Source of the DNA: a virus
Taxonomy: Duplodnaviria; Caudoviricetes
IMG/VR virus record: IMGVR_UViG_3300036546_000226
Coordinates: 1-43,870 of that record
Strand: one strand, 5' to 3'
Length of the DNA: 43,870 nucleotides
Shown here: positions 8,350-17,117 of the stretch, piece after piece
Layout of the letters: each line of letters begins with the position of its first letter
Position numbering within the stretch: the first letter of the stretch is position 1
Notes under the pieces: model-generated
Told to the model about the DNA's origin: nothing
Database searches by the model: none
What the model saw: only the letters and a program-made list of their open reading frames with translations
Position numbers and translations under genes: made by a program

Positions 8350-8407
8350 TCAGGAAATACCTTTCGAAGAAAAGGCCAGGATCATCTAGAGAAAAAGGGA
8401 AGTAGGT

Positions 8408-9144
8408 ATGCCGAGGTTTGAAGTGCAGGGCAAAGGGATAAGCTCAGGGCGCGCCCGGAAGCGCATTTATTCCGCCCGCGATGAAATATCAGCAAGACAA
8501 AAGGCCGCTGACGACGGAACAGACATAGAAACTATCGAAGAGCTACCGCCTGATCCTCCAACTGAAAGGCAGATTTCATACGCCAACGATCTCGGAATAA
8601 CGATTCCGAGGGACGCTACGAAAGATGAGCTTAGTGACCTGATCTCCTGCAGCACCGATGAAGACCAGCCCGCTTCCCCCGAACTGCTAAGCTTGGCCCG
8701 TAGTTACGGCATTGAGACCACCAGGTATACAGGTGAGCGAGCTGTTCACGGGCGCATTTTTAACACGCTTGCCAGGCCCGGCCGTGAGCAAGAGCTCGCA
8801 ACGTGGTTCGCGTTTAATGTATTAAAGGGGCGCCCAAAGACGCGGGCTCGGTCGGGAGAGATAGCCCACGATAATCCCCGTCTGAGCTCAATAGGATCGA
8901 AACTGGCGGCAGCAACAGGACTGCCGCTTACAAAGCTGCTGTGGAGCTGATTGACGCCGAGTTTGGGCCAGCACCCCCGCCCGCTCACCGTCCGAAGAGA
9001 TCCGTTAGCTCTAAGGGCAGAAACACAGCAAAGGCCGCAACCAAGCGGACCAAAAAGCATAAAAAAAAGAAGCAGGGTCCGTCTGCAACTGCGGTAGCCA
9101 TTTTGGTTGTTGTTTTTTTATTCGTGCTTGGGACTGTTCTTTGA
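8408..9144 (+). pseudogene. Probably frameshifted membrane-anchored protein (ORFs 8408-8950 and 8941-9144)
   Basis: Second frame is open from about 8900 (TGGSNRTAAYKAAVELIDAEFG) to a basic tract and C-terminal TM helix, with no clear start of its own. Confidence 0.45.
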
Positions 9145-9259
9145 GCGGGCTTTCCCACCCGCCAGCGGCCGCACCATTCTACTCAATGAGGGTGGTGAGT
9201 GGCGTGGTTATTAGAAAGATGCCTGAGACGCAGATACAACCGGCTGCTATAATCAGCAC

Positions 9260-9652
9260 ATGATGCTCGATTCCCTTATTGAACATGCAGACACCGTGGG
9301 CGCTCCCAATGTAGTGGGGCGATACAGGCTTTTGCGCGTGTGCCCAGACCCAGTAACCGACGAGTGGTTTAACGTTGGCGTTTGCTTTCAGGCAGCCGAC
9401 GGCAGCCGCCACTATCGGTTGCTGGAGAGCATGAATGCCTTCAAATGCTTGTACGGTGACCACGCTGTGGGGAACCTGAACAGCCTGCTTTCCGTGGTTG
9501 CAGATGCCGCTGAAACGGGCAATCTGGACCAGTTAGGCCCTCACATCCGGGCGGGTCAGGAACAATATGCCGCCGGGGATTCTGTAGACGACATTCTCGC
9601 CCAGATGTTCGACACGTTTGTTACCCTCAGCCGCCGGGCTGGCGGATGCTGA
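9260..9652 (+). CDS. DUF3037-like protein, probably truncated
   Basis: YRLLRVCPDPVTDEWFNVGVCF motif; this family usually follows a HipA-like kinase, which is not present here. Confidence 0.55.
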   Translation: MMLDSLIEHADTVGAPNVVGRYRLLRVCPDPVTDEWFNVGVCFQAADGSRHYRLLESMNAFKCLYGDHAVGNLNSLLSVVADAAETGNLDQLGPHIRAGQEQYAAGDSVDDILAQMFDTFVTLSRRAGGC

Positions 9653-9983
9653 GGTGCGCCTGTCTTATGAGCAGGCGACTTACGGGCAACCCGTTGAGGT
9701 GGTGTGGTTTGGCCCTACGGCGTCAGGGCTGGATTACCTGGATGATTTGCGGCCCGCCGATGCAAAACAGAGTGTTGTCCAAAGCGGTGCCGAGCCAGAC
9801 GCCACCCACAAAGCCAGCGATCAAGAGTGGCTGGTGCACCAGCCAAAACCAACAAAACTTAAACACCTTGTAAGGGCGGGAGTCTCTGATATCACTTGGA
9901 GCACCATAAAGACTGTCGTCGGCATCATTGCTGGCGGCCTTGCGGTTTACTATCTTTCGAAACATTTCGGGCTCCCCTTGTAA
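9618..9983 (+). pseudogene. 3' fragment of a membrane-anchored protein
   Basis: No good start; PTASGLDYLDDL and C-terminal TM helix; overlaps the end of the DUF3037-like ORF. Confidence 0.35.
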
Positions 9984-10095
9984 CCAGCAATATCCTGCCA
10001 AAGTGCAGCTAATATCGGACAGATTAATGCAAGGAGATGGCAGGGGCAAGAAACCGCTACCTCGGTACGGTGGTCATTACTCCGCCAGCTGCCAT

Positions 10096-10392
10096 CTACC
10101 CCAGGCGCTCAATCTCTGCCTGGCTGTGGTGCTTCACGTAGTCTTTCAGCGCCTTATCCATGCGCGACTGCCAACCCTTGCCGGTAGCCCGGAAGGTTTC
10201 CACCACCTCCGGTGACAGGCGAATGGTAATCCGCTCCTTGGTTACCTCAGCCTTGGGCCTACCCATGGGGCGCAGGCGCTTGAATTCCTCGTCTGACAGC
10301 TCGTAGGTATCCGGATCGGCGGCAATGCCGGCATTGATCTTGGCGTCTTCTTCATCGGTTGGCCAGACAGTTCCTGGTTTAAGCTTCGGCAT
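10096..10392 (-). CDS. brnA: BrnA antitoxin
   Basis: [39 protein letters not shown]. Confidence 0.92.
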   Translation of the reverse strand: MPKLKPGTVWPTDEEDAKINAGIAADPDTYELSDEEFKRLRPMGRPKAEVTKERITIRLSPEVVETFRATGKGWQSRMDKALKDYVKHHSQAEIERLG

Positions 10393-10645
10393 AGCGTTTC
10401 ATCTCCCGCTTATTGGCTTTGCGAAGGCTGATAATCCGGCGGGTATTGCCTCTGTCGGTATACACCACGCAGTAAAGCCGTAACCCGATGTAGGCAAAGC
10501 CTACCATTCGCTCCTCCCCGTAGTGCTTCCGTTCATCCGGGACCGCCCACAGCGTGTCCCATTCCATATTTTCGGCCTCAGACAAAGCCACGCCGTGCTT
10601 TTCACGGTTGGCGGCATCCTTGGCGGGGTCGAAGTCAATGTTCAT
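10379..10645 (-). CDS. brnT: BrnT ribonuclease toxin
   Basis: [42 protein letters not shown]. Confidence 0.92.
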   Translation of the reverse strand: MNIDFDPAKDAANREKHGVALSEAENMEWDTLWAVPDERKHYGEERMVGFAYIGLRLYCVVYTDRGNTRRIISLRKANKREMKRYAEA

Positions 10646-10651
10646 TACTTT

Positions 10652-10680
10652 ATTGTGCATACAAAAAGTGAAGCCGGCAA
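10652..10680 (-). promoter_or_regulatory. brnTA promoter with near-palindromic operator
   Basis: TTGCCG-17-CACAAT ending 6 nt before the ATG; TTGTGCATACAA at 10654-10665. Confidence 0.5.
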
Positions 10681-10741
10681 GCATTTTTCGGAGGCCCGGA
10701 GATACCAATTTGCTGGGTTCGGCAAAATGGTTGGACTAAAT

Positions 10742-10784
10742 ACAAAAAAACTTGTTGACACTAAAACAAGTAGACTTGTATTGT
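10742..10784 (+). promoter_or_regulatory. OL/PL: two 434-type operators over a sigma70 promoter
   Basis: ACAA-N6-TTGT at 10742-10755 and 10766-10779; TTGACA (10755)-18-TATTGT. Confidence 0.8.
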
Positions 10785-10817
10785 TTGCCCGTAGTCGTTG
10801 ATCAGGGAGACAACACC

Positions 10818-11207
10818 ATGGGCAGAAGACAGAAACCACATTACCCCCGAATGACCGTTGAGCTGGCGGATACCACACTGCTTCCGCCGCGCCGAGCCGA
10901 AGTTGTCATGCTGGCGGCCCGGGGTATGAGCGCCAAAGAAATTGCGCGCGAACTCGACATCTCACCAGACACCGTTAACTGGCACCTCGATGAGGCTAAA
11001 GACCAGTTTTATGCGCACAGCAGGGTAGACCTGATTTCCCAAGGCTGGATGCAGGGCCTGTTCCGGGCCCGCACCCTTGCCTGGGCGTTGATGGCCTTCG
11101 CCATGCTCCCTGCCATGCGCAGCCGGCCCACACCCATCAGTGGCGGCCGCCCTCCCGTTACCCAGAACACCATCGGCCGCACAGCGATCCGCGGCACCTA
11201 CGCATAA
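10818..11207 (+). CDS. LuxR-type HTH protein (no sensor domain)
   Basis: LPPRRAEVVMLAARGMSAKEIARELDISPDTVNWHL. Confidence 0.8.
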   Translation: MGRRQKPHYPRMTVELADTTLLPPRRAEVVMLAARGMSAKEIARELDISPDTVNWHLDEAKDQFYAHSRVDLISQGWMQGLFRARTLAWALMAFAMLPAMRSRPTPISGGRPPVTQNTIGRTAIRGTYA

Positions 11208-11218
11208 GGAGCACCACC

Positions 11219-11425
11219 ATGGCAGCGATCACTGTTGAGTTTCCTGCGCACATTGCCTTTGCCGATCTGGATCCAGCCCTGCAGGAGCTGGCAGACAAGT
11301 TCGGCTGCGAGATCAGTTACGCCCCAAACGCCACTTACAAAGTGGTGCCGAGGGAGCGGGGCAACGTGCGCCGATTGCCCGCAAGGCCTCGCCAAATCAA
11401 TCAGCCAGGACCGGGGGCAGCATGA
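11219..11425 (+). CDS. Hypothetical protein
   Basis: AAGGAG SD; part of the PL operon. Confidence 0.6.
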   Translation: MAAITVEFPAHIAFADLDPALQELADKFGCEISYAPNATYKVVPRERGNVRRLPARPRQINQPGPGAA

Positions 11426-11649
11426 AAAGCCTGAAAGAGCAGATCAAAGAGTTTCTCGCGGAGCGCGGCTACCAAGGTGGCTACACCATCGTCTGCAACG
11501 GCGAGGTAGGCGGCTGGACCCGGCACCTGGATAACCCGGGCGGGTGGATGCCTGGCTGCGTGGCCATCGACGACAACGGACGCAAGTGGATCGCCAAGGG
11601 CGGCAACGATTACGACGGCGCTGAGCGCTGGGAGGAGCTGCCAGTATGA
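11422..11649 (+). CDS. Hypothetical protein
   Basis: ATGA overlap; GGNDYDGAERW C-terminus. Confidence 0.6.
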   Translation: MKSLKEQIKEFLAERGYQGGYTIVCNGEVGGWTRHLDNPGGWMPGCVAIDDNGRKWIAKGGNDYDGAERWEELPV

Positions 11650-11783
11650 ACACCGGTGACTACAACATGCTCACTGACCTTCTGGTGGTCGGTATTCCCA
11701 CACTGGCGGTGGCTGCCTGGGTGGCCTGTTACGAACTGGCCAAGTGGATCGACAAAAAGCACATCGAAAAGGAGTTGAACTGA
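11646..11783 (+). CDS. Small single-TM protein (45 aa)
   Basis: Read manually: MNTGDYNMLTDLLVVGIPTLAVAAWVACYELAKWIDKKHIEKELN; coupled on both sides. Confidence 0.5.
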   Translation: MNTGDYNMLTDLLVVGIPTLAVAAWVACYELAKWIDKKHIEKELN

Positions 11784-11971
11784 TGCTGATGCTTACCCGG
11801 TTTGAAGGCGAAACCGTTGTGATTACCCCGCCAGCGGGGCCCGAAATCCGCGTTGCGGTAACCCAGATCGGCACCAAGCGTGTGCGCCTGGGCTTTGAGG
11901 CACCGGCAGGTGTTGCCATCGACCGGGAGGAGATCCACCAGCGCAAGCAACGGGAGAAGCGCCATGGCTGA
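11783..11971 (+). CDS. csrA: CsrA/RsmA-family RNA-binding regulator
   Basis: MLMLTRFEGETVVI..VRLGFEAPAGVAIDREEI. Confidence 0.88.
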   Translation: MLMLTRFEGETVVITPPAGPEIRVAVTQIGTKRVRLGFEAPAGVAIDREEIHQRKQREKRHG

Positions 11972-12254
11972 TGCATGGGCATGGGTGCACAGCGGCCAGA
12001 TCGGCGGGCTGTTCCTCACAAAGAACCAGGCCGACTGGTGTGTTGAGCGGGCCGATGGCTGTGTTGTCCCCATGCGTGTAGAGACCGCCAAGGTGCGCCA
12101 CGCAAGCGAGCTGCACCAAACACTGAAGAACCTGACCGAGCTGGCAAAGATGGCCGCCAGCTCACTGAACGCCTATCAGGCAGCTATCCGGAATGCGGAT
12201 CTGCTGCTGGAACAGATCGAACGTGAATCTATGGAGGATTCAAAAAATGGCTGA
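11964..12254 (+). CDS. Hypothetical protein
   Basis: Coupled ORF with SD. Confidence 0.55.
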   Translation: MADAWAWVHSGQIGGLFLTKNQADWCVERADGCVVPMRVETAKVRHASELHQTLKNLTELAKMAASSLNAYQAAIRNADLLLEQIERESMEDSKNG

Positions 12255-12762
12255 TGTTCTGGATGTACTTGGAGCGATCAAAGAAGCCGAGCGCTCAACC
12301 AAGGCGATGATGGAGGCTTTCCCGGAATGGTCGGACAGGGCTTTCGCATCAAAGATTCTGGGCAACATGCGCAACAGCGGTCTTATTCACAAGCGCTCAA
12401 ATGGTTATTGGGCGCTGACCAAAAAGGGCCGCGAGCGGCTGGAAGGTGTCAGTGGCCTGGGCACGAAAGACGAAGCCCCGGAGCAAATCCCAGTAAATGA
12501 GCCGGTGAACGAGAAGGTAACCGTGGTTGCAGACTGGGAGCAGGCCATACGTGACACGTCACGCAAAGCAGAAAATGACGCAATGAGCCCGTTCGACATG
12601 GCCCGCCAGCTGCAGCACGAGATCCCGAACGGAAGCAGCCTGGTGATCGAGGCAGACGAGGTGTTCCTGGCATGGCGCGGGGCTCGGTTTGCCATTCAGA
12701 AGCCGGAAGACCTGCAGGCCTTCAAGGCCATTCAGGAAGCGTATGTGGGCGAGGTGGCGTAG
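12247..12762 (+). CDS. Hypothetical protein with N-terminal winged helix
   Basis: LGNMRNSGLI..YWALTKKGRE. Confidence 0.55.
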   Translation: MADVLDVLGAIKEAERSTKAMMEAFPEWSDRAFASKILGNMRNSGLIHKRSNGYWALTKKGRERLEGVSGLGTKDEAPEQIPVNEPVNEKVTVVADWEQAIRDTSRKAENDAMSPFDMARQLQHEIPNGSSLVIEADEVFLAWRGARFAIQKPEDLQAFKAIQEAYVGEVA

Positions 12763-12764
12763 CC

Positions 12765-13301
12765 GTGCCAAGGAAGCAGCAGAAGCCCCGCCAGCGCAAA
12801 GCGCACTGCGGCCAGAAGCGGGCCCAGCGCTTTTTCGGGCGAACCCGGATCTGGACCTGGGAAACCGACCGTGAGGTCGGCAGTGCCAGCCAGAATGCCG
12901 TTGCGGTTACCCGAACAATCAAAGGGTGGGAGCCGCTGGAGCCAAAGGTGGCCAACGCCGTTACCCGCCACCGGAACAGCTGGATCGTGTGCGTGCGAGC
13001 GCTCTGTTGGGACGGGGCCGGTACAGAGTGGGTGGAGGAAGAAGTCCGGATCATGGAGAACCAGCGCCTCAGCGAGTTTAACGACCTTTACCACGACTTG
13101 CGGGCACGGGTACTGCAGGCGCAGCGATACGACCAGGTTGTAGACGTTGGCTGGATTGCCGGCACCTGGCTGAAGGACCCCAAAGACGAAGAGCTCACCC
13201 TGGTAGATCTGGGCGCATCGTCAAAAGCCCGCCAGCTGCTGTGGCGGCAGGTTGATGAGGATTACCAGGACGAGCGCAGAAAGGCGTTAGCAGCGGCATG
13301 A
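12765..13301 (+). CDS. Hypothetical protein
   Basis: GAGG SD and GTG start, basic N-terminus. Confidence 0.55.
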   Translation: MPRKQQKPRQRKAHCGQKRAQRFFGRTRIWTWETDREVGSASQNAVAVTRTIKGWEPLEPKVANAVTRHRNSWIVCVRALCWDGAGTEWVEEEVRIMENQRLSEFNDLYHDLRARVLQAQRYDQVVDVGWIAGTWLKDPKDEELTLVDLGASSKARQLLWRQVDEDYQDERRKALAAA

Positions 13302-13480
13302 CACAGGATACGCACCTGATGACCGAAGCCGACGAGATTATCAGCCTGATTGAACGCACCGGGCTGGCCTACCTCCACTCAAGCGGCTGCGCAGTGCTGA
13401 ACGATGGCACCTGGTTACAGCCAGAGCAGTGGGATGTGTGGGTGAACCACTTGATGAGGGACGAACATGCAAACACTTGA
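13298..13480 (+). CDS. Hypothetical protein
   Basis: ATGA-coupled ORF. Confidence 0.5.
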   Translation: MTQDTHLMTEADEIISLIERTGLAYLHSSGCAVLNDGTWLQPEQWDVWVNHLMRDEHANT

Positions 13481-13694
13481 CCGAAACTCACCAGCTTGGC
13501 TGGTTGGCACCTCTGCCGAGGATTGCAGCATCACCATGCAGAACCGGGTGGCATCCAGCCCGATGGGAGCGCTGTTCGATGTGGCGGAAGCCCTGAATTA
13601 CATGAACACCAACGGCATCGAGAAGAAGGCCCACCGGCAGGCACTGATGAAAGCTGGCCGAAAGGCGCTGAATGCGCTTGGAGAATTAGCGTGA
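13467..13694 (+). CDS. Hypothetical protein
   Basis: Coupled ORF with SD. Confidence 0.5.
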   Translation: MQTLDRNSPAWLVGTSAEDCSITMQNRVASSPMGALFDVAEALNYMNTNGIEKKAHRQALMKAGRKALNALGELA

Positions 13695-13930
13695 GCGATC
13701 TGACTCTTTTAGCTTACCAGGCGCTGGCCAGAGAGCAGAAGCGGGAACTTGATGGCCTTTGGAGCAATTACGAAGACGAAAAGAATAACGTGGATCTATT
13801 GATTCGCATTATTCGCCGCCATCCGGGCGCTCTTCAAGAGCTTGTAAAACTGGCGGAAGACAAACAGTTTTCCAAGGGCCTAATTGATTACATGGAAGAG
13901 ACCAATGTTTTTCGTCGAAAAGATAGCTGA
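13691..13930 (+). CDS. Hypothetical protein
   Basis: GTGA overlap with the upstream stop. Confidence 0.5.
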   Translation: MSDLTLLAYQALAREQKRELDGLWSNYEDEKNNVDLLIRIIRRHPGALQELVKLAEDKQFSKGLIDYMEETNVFRRKDS

Positions 13931-13944
13931 GGAGTATGTAACCG

Positions 13945-14229
13945 ATGCCGATGACTCCAGCCGAGCGAAAGCGCAACCAACGGGCCAAGGAAAAGCTGAT
14001 GGACGTGAAAGAGTTTCGCATGGAGCTCACCGGCACCGAGCGCTGGAGCATCCAGAAGGCCGCTGCCCGGCAGGGCTACGAAGATCAAACCGAGTACCTG
14101 CTGGACCTGGTGTATGCGGATCTGCACAAGCCCGCCAGCCGGGCATGCAACTACCCAGAGTGCAACTGCCAGTTTGATAAGCCGGCAGGGGCGGATTGTT
14201 ACCGGGGATATGAGGAGAAGGCTGCATGA
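13945..14229 (+). CDS. Putative ribbon-helix-helix DNA-binding protein
   Basis: MTPAERKRNQRAK..FRMEL..AARQGYEDQTEYLLDLV. Confidence 0.45.
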   Translation: MPMTPAERKRNQRAKEKLMDVKEFRMELTGTERWSIQKAAARQGYEDQTEYLLDLVYADLHKPASRACNYPECNCQFDKPAGADCYRGYEEKAA

Positions 14230-14426
14230 GCATGACGCAGAAGCAAAAGGAAAGGGCCGTGAAAAAGGCAGTGAAAAAAATGGATGAGGCGGCCGACTGC
14301 ATGCTTGACCTGGTGGCAATCGCTCACCAACACGGAGTCAAAGATACTGCTCTGGAGGGCCGCTTTATCTCGGAACTTCGAGAGCGGGCGGGATATTGGG
14401 ACCGGTGCACATGGTGGAAGAAATGA
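14226..14426 (+). CDS. Hypothetical protein
   Basis: Coupled ORF. Confidence 0.5.
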   Translation: MSMTQKQKERAVKKAVKKMDEAADCMLDLVAIAHQHGVKDTALEGRFISELRERAGYWDRCTWWKK

Positions 14427-14692
14427 CTGAGCCTCAGCTTCAAATGCCCAGGGCCTGCATCAGCTGCGAACACTACAGCCCGGTAGGCCATGACGATGAT
14501 AAGCATTGCCCGTTCACCAACCGGTGGGGCGAAACCCATGGGCGAACCAGTTACGGCCGGTGCGATCTGCACGGCCAGGAAGTATTCGCCACCGAAATTT
14601 GCAACAGCCATGAGCCGGAGCCGTTCGTCCAGCTGGTGGACGTGACCAACCGGCCAGAGCCCAGGGCTGCGATACAGGAGAGATTGCTGTGA
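14423..14692 (+). CDS. Cys/His-rich hypothetical protein
   Basis: CISCEHY..CDLH..C; ATGA overlap. Confidence 0.5.
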   Translation: MTEPQLQMPRACISCEHYSPVGHDDDKHCPFTNRWGETHGRTSYGRCDLHGQEVFATEICNSHEPEPFVQLVDVTNRPEPRAAIQERLL

Positions 14693-15168
14693 CTTTCGAA
14701 GAATACGCACAGAAGCACCTTGGCACTGCCGGGCTCAGCTTCAGCGCTATGGAGTTGGTGCGCATGGGCTGGAACGCCCGGGGCAGCCACGGCAACTGTC
14801 AAGGAATCCTTGATAGCTCAGGAAGCGAAGCATCTATCACCCCGGAAATGATCGAAGCCGGAGCCCAGCGCCTGGTGGCATGGGAAGACGGCAGCGAATG
14901 GCCGGACAGCTGGAGCCCGATGGTGGTTGCAGCCGCCCGGAACGATGCGGAGCGGGTGCTTAGATCGGCGCTGAATGCCCGGGCAGACCATATTGCTGAC
15001 GACAGCAAAATGGTCAAAGGCGATGTATCCACTGCCGGCAGCGTAATACTGCTCGAAGGCAAAACCTATGGGCGGGCCATTGTGGTGGCCTTTGAGTCTG
15101 ACGATGACCTACGGGCGGCAATCGCTGCGGGCCAGTGCCGGTTTACGGTGTTTGGGGGTGAGGTGTGA
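14689..15168 (+). CDS. Mosaic Ea-like hypothetical protein
   Basis: Segments separated by two DNA palindromes (14794-14818 and 14986-15015). Confidence 0.55.
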   Translation: MTFEEYAQKHLGTAGLSFSAMELVRMGWNARGSHGNCQGILDSSGSEASITPEMIEAGAQRLVAWEDGSEWPDSWSPMVVAAARNDAERVLRSALNARADHIADDSKMVKGDVSTAGSVILLEGKTYGRAIVVAFESDDDLRAAIAAGQCRFTVFGGEV

Positions 15169-15389
15169 ATTCGAATATGTCGTTTGAGGACGGGTCAAAA
15201 GATCCTTTCTACGAAGAGGCTGTCAGCCTGGTAATTGAAAGGGGAAAGCCCTCAGTTTCCTACGTCCAGCGGAAGCTCAAAATAGGCTACAACCGTGCGT
15301 GGCGAATGATCGAAGCAATGGCGGCTCAAGGCGTTGTCGACTTCGCAGGCCCTGGCGGGAAAGTCATTGATCTGGAGAAAAAACAGTGA
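15165..15389 (+). CDS. Stand-alone FtsK gamma domain protein
   Basis: [46 protein letters not shown]. Confidence 0.85.
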   Translation: MNSNMSFEDGSKDPFYEEAVSLVIERGKPSVSYVQRKLKIGYNRAWRMIEAMAAQGVVDFAGPGGKVIDLEKKQ

Positions 15390-15946
15390 ACGTTGAACTG
15401 ACATCAATCGCAGAATCCAAAATTCGCCAGATGGGCGGCGATGTTTGCGGGGTGCTGGTGCGCAAAGATGGCCGACTGGCTGCTGTGGATGAGCATGGGC
15501 GGGTGCAGTGGCTGCAGGATGATGGCGGTGAGTATGCGGCGTATCTTGAGGGCGCGAATAGTCACCTAAAGGCAGATCTGGAAGCCGCCCGTGCCCAAAG
15601 TGGCGAGGTGGAGCCGGTGGCTAGAGTCAATAATAAGCCTTGGCCCAAAGGCGTTGTCCCAGTTCCCAAATCTGGCCGATGGTATTCCGTTAGATTCCTG
15701 AGTGACGAAGAAGATGGCGATCTGCCGGACGGGACGCTTCTCTACGCCCACGCCCACCCCAGCCAGCAAGGGAGTGTGCCGGAGGGGTGGAAGTTGGTGC
15801 CAGTTGAGCCGACAGCGACAATGATAAGCGCATTCGAGCACGCGCCCTGTGCCGAAAACTACACAGATGCCGCAACGTGGGCATGGGAGGCGATGCTCGA
15901 TGCCACCCCACAACCACCACAGGAGGGCTCAGGCGATGAGCACTAA
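15386..15946 (+). CDS. Eaa/Ead-like mosaic early protein
   Basis: [24 protein letters not shown] module typical of lambdoid Ea-region genes. Confidence 0.55.
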   Translation: MNVELTSIAESKIRQMGGDVCGVLVRKDGRLAAVDEHGRVQWLQDDGGEYAAYLEGANSHLKADLEAARAQSGEVEPVARVNNKPWPKGVVPVPKSGRWYSVRFLSDEEDGDLPDGTLLYAHAHPSQQGSVPEGWKLVPVEPTATMISAFEHAPCAENYTDAATWAWEAMLDATPQPPQEGSGDEH

Positions 15947-16274
15947 ATACAGAAACAGCAGGGATGTGCCTCTGGATGTCATCATCACTCGCCTGAACGG
16001 GCTGTCTGATGCCGTAGCCGGTGGCCGCAAGTCTCAAGAGCGAGAGTTTACGATGCGGATTCCGGCTGAGTGCGACCGGGATGCGGACATAGTGATTGCT
16101 GAGGCAGCGGTAAGGCTTACCAAGCTGCATGACGAAAACGAGGCGCTGCGGGCAAGGGTGGCGGAACTATCCGAAGCCCTGCAAGTCGCTGTCGATACGC
16201 CAGAGCTTGGGGGTGGAAAATGGTACGACATGGCCGTGGCGGCACTAGCCGAGCGGGCGGGAGGTGAGAAGTGA
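15936..16274 (+). CDS. Hypothetical protein, paralog A
   Basis: 44/61 identical N-terminal residues with 16743-17117; ends AERAGGEK. Confidence 0.65.
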   Translation: MSTKYRNSRDVPLDVIITRLNGLSDAVAGGRKSQEREFTMRIPAECDRDADIVIAEAAVRLTKLHDENEALRARVAELSEALQVAVDTPELGGGKWYDMAVAALAERAGGEK

Positions 16275-16471
16275 GCAACTCAACCGCAAAAACCTGCAAA
16301 AACTGCCAATGGTGGGATCCGATCAATAGCGTAATCGGGGAATGCCGAAGAATGCCGCCTCATCCAGCTGACAATGTAGCCGATCCGCGATGGTGGCCCG
16401 GGACAAAGAGAGATGACTGGTGCGGCGAGTTTGCAGAGTACAAAGCCGAGCGGGCGGGAGGTGAGTCGTGA
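16271..16471 (+). CDS. Small Cys-rich protein
   Basis: CKNCQWW..GECRRMPP..WPGTKRDDWCGEF; ends AERAGGES. Confidence 0.65.
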   Translation: MSNSTAKTCKNCQWWDPINSVIGECRRMPPHPADNVADPRWWPGTKRDDWCGEFAEYKAERAGGES

Positions 16472-16746
16472 AATTCCATGCGCCAACCAAGCAGTTCACG
16501 GTATCGAAAAACGATCTGGATGAGGCCGTCGCTAACCTCGAATACGCGATGCGGCATATCCGAGAAATGGTCGGGTTGCCGATGGGCAAATATGCCAGGA
16601 AAGGCATCCTGACCCATTCTGATCATGCACAGAAAGGGATACTCGACGCAGCAAAGACTCTGGGGATTGATATGGGCGCCGAGTGGGGGAATGAGCTTGA
16701 TTTGTCCCGAGAGGATGAGTGGCCAAAGGCGGGAGGTGAGAGGTGA
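16468..16746 (+). CDS. Hypothetical protein
   Basis: GTGA-coupled; ends KAGGER. Confidence 0.6.
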   Translation: MKFHAPTKQFTVSKNDLDEAVANLEYAMRHIREMVGLPMGKYARKGILTHSDHAQKGILDAAKTLGIDMGAEWGNELDLSREDEWPKAGGER

Positions 16747-17117
16747 GCAGAACCTACAAAAACAGCAGCGACGTGCCACTGGACACAATCATTGCGCGAC
16801 TGCACGAGCTATCCGATGCAGTAGTCGGAGGCCGGAAAACCCAGAAGCAAGAATTTGTAATGCGGGTTCCGGCTGAGTGCGACCACGATGCAGACCTTGT
16901 TCTTGCAGAGGCTGCGGTGAGGCTGAATGCGCTCAGGAATTACAACGCGGAGTTGCAGGCCGACTTGGACAGGGCTCAGGCGCGGTTGGAAAGAGTGCGA
17001 GAGCTTGCGGAAAAGATAAGAGACATCGCCATCGACTCCCCCGCGTCCAACAACATGCAACTGATCTACCGGCTGGCTTGTAAGCAAGCCGAGCGGGCGG
17101 GAGGTGATCATGGCTGA
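16743..17117 (+). CDS. Hypothetical protein, paralog B
   Basis: Paralog of 15936-16274; ends AERAGGDHG. Confidence 0.65.
   Translation: MSRTYKNSSDVPLDTIIARLHELSDAVVGGRKTQKQEFVMRVPAECDHDADLVLAEAAVRLNALRNYNAELQADLDRAQARLERVRELAEKIRDIAIDSPASNNMQLIYRLACKQAERAGGDHG

Larger units (their letters stand above)
16247..17107 (+). repeat. Dispersed 21-bp gene-junction repeat AGCCGAGCGGGCGGGAGGTGA
   Basis: Perfect copies at 16247-16267, 16444-16464, 17087-17107; partial GGCGGGAGGTGAG at 16728-16740. Confidence 0.9.

Noticed and set aside
16253-16264. KOPS motif within the junction repeat, given the nearby FtsK-gamma gene
   Set aside because: GGGCGGGA does not fit GGGNAGGG.
16247-17107. CRISPR array interpretation of the 21-bp repeats
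   Set aside because: Intervals are about 200-370 bp, unequal and protein-coding; the repeat is not palindromic; no cas genes.
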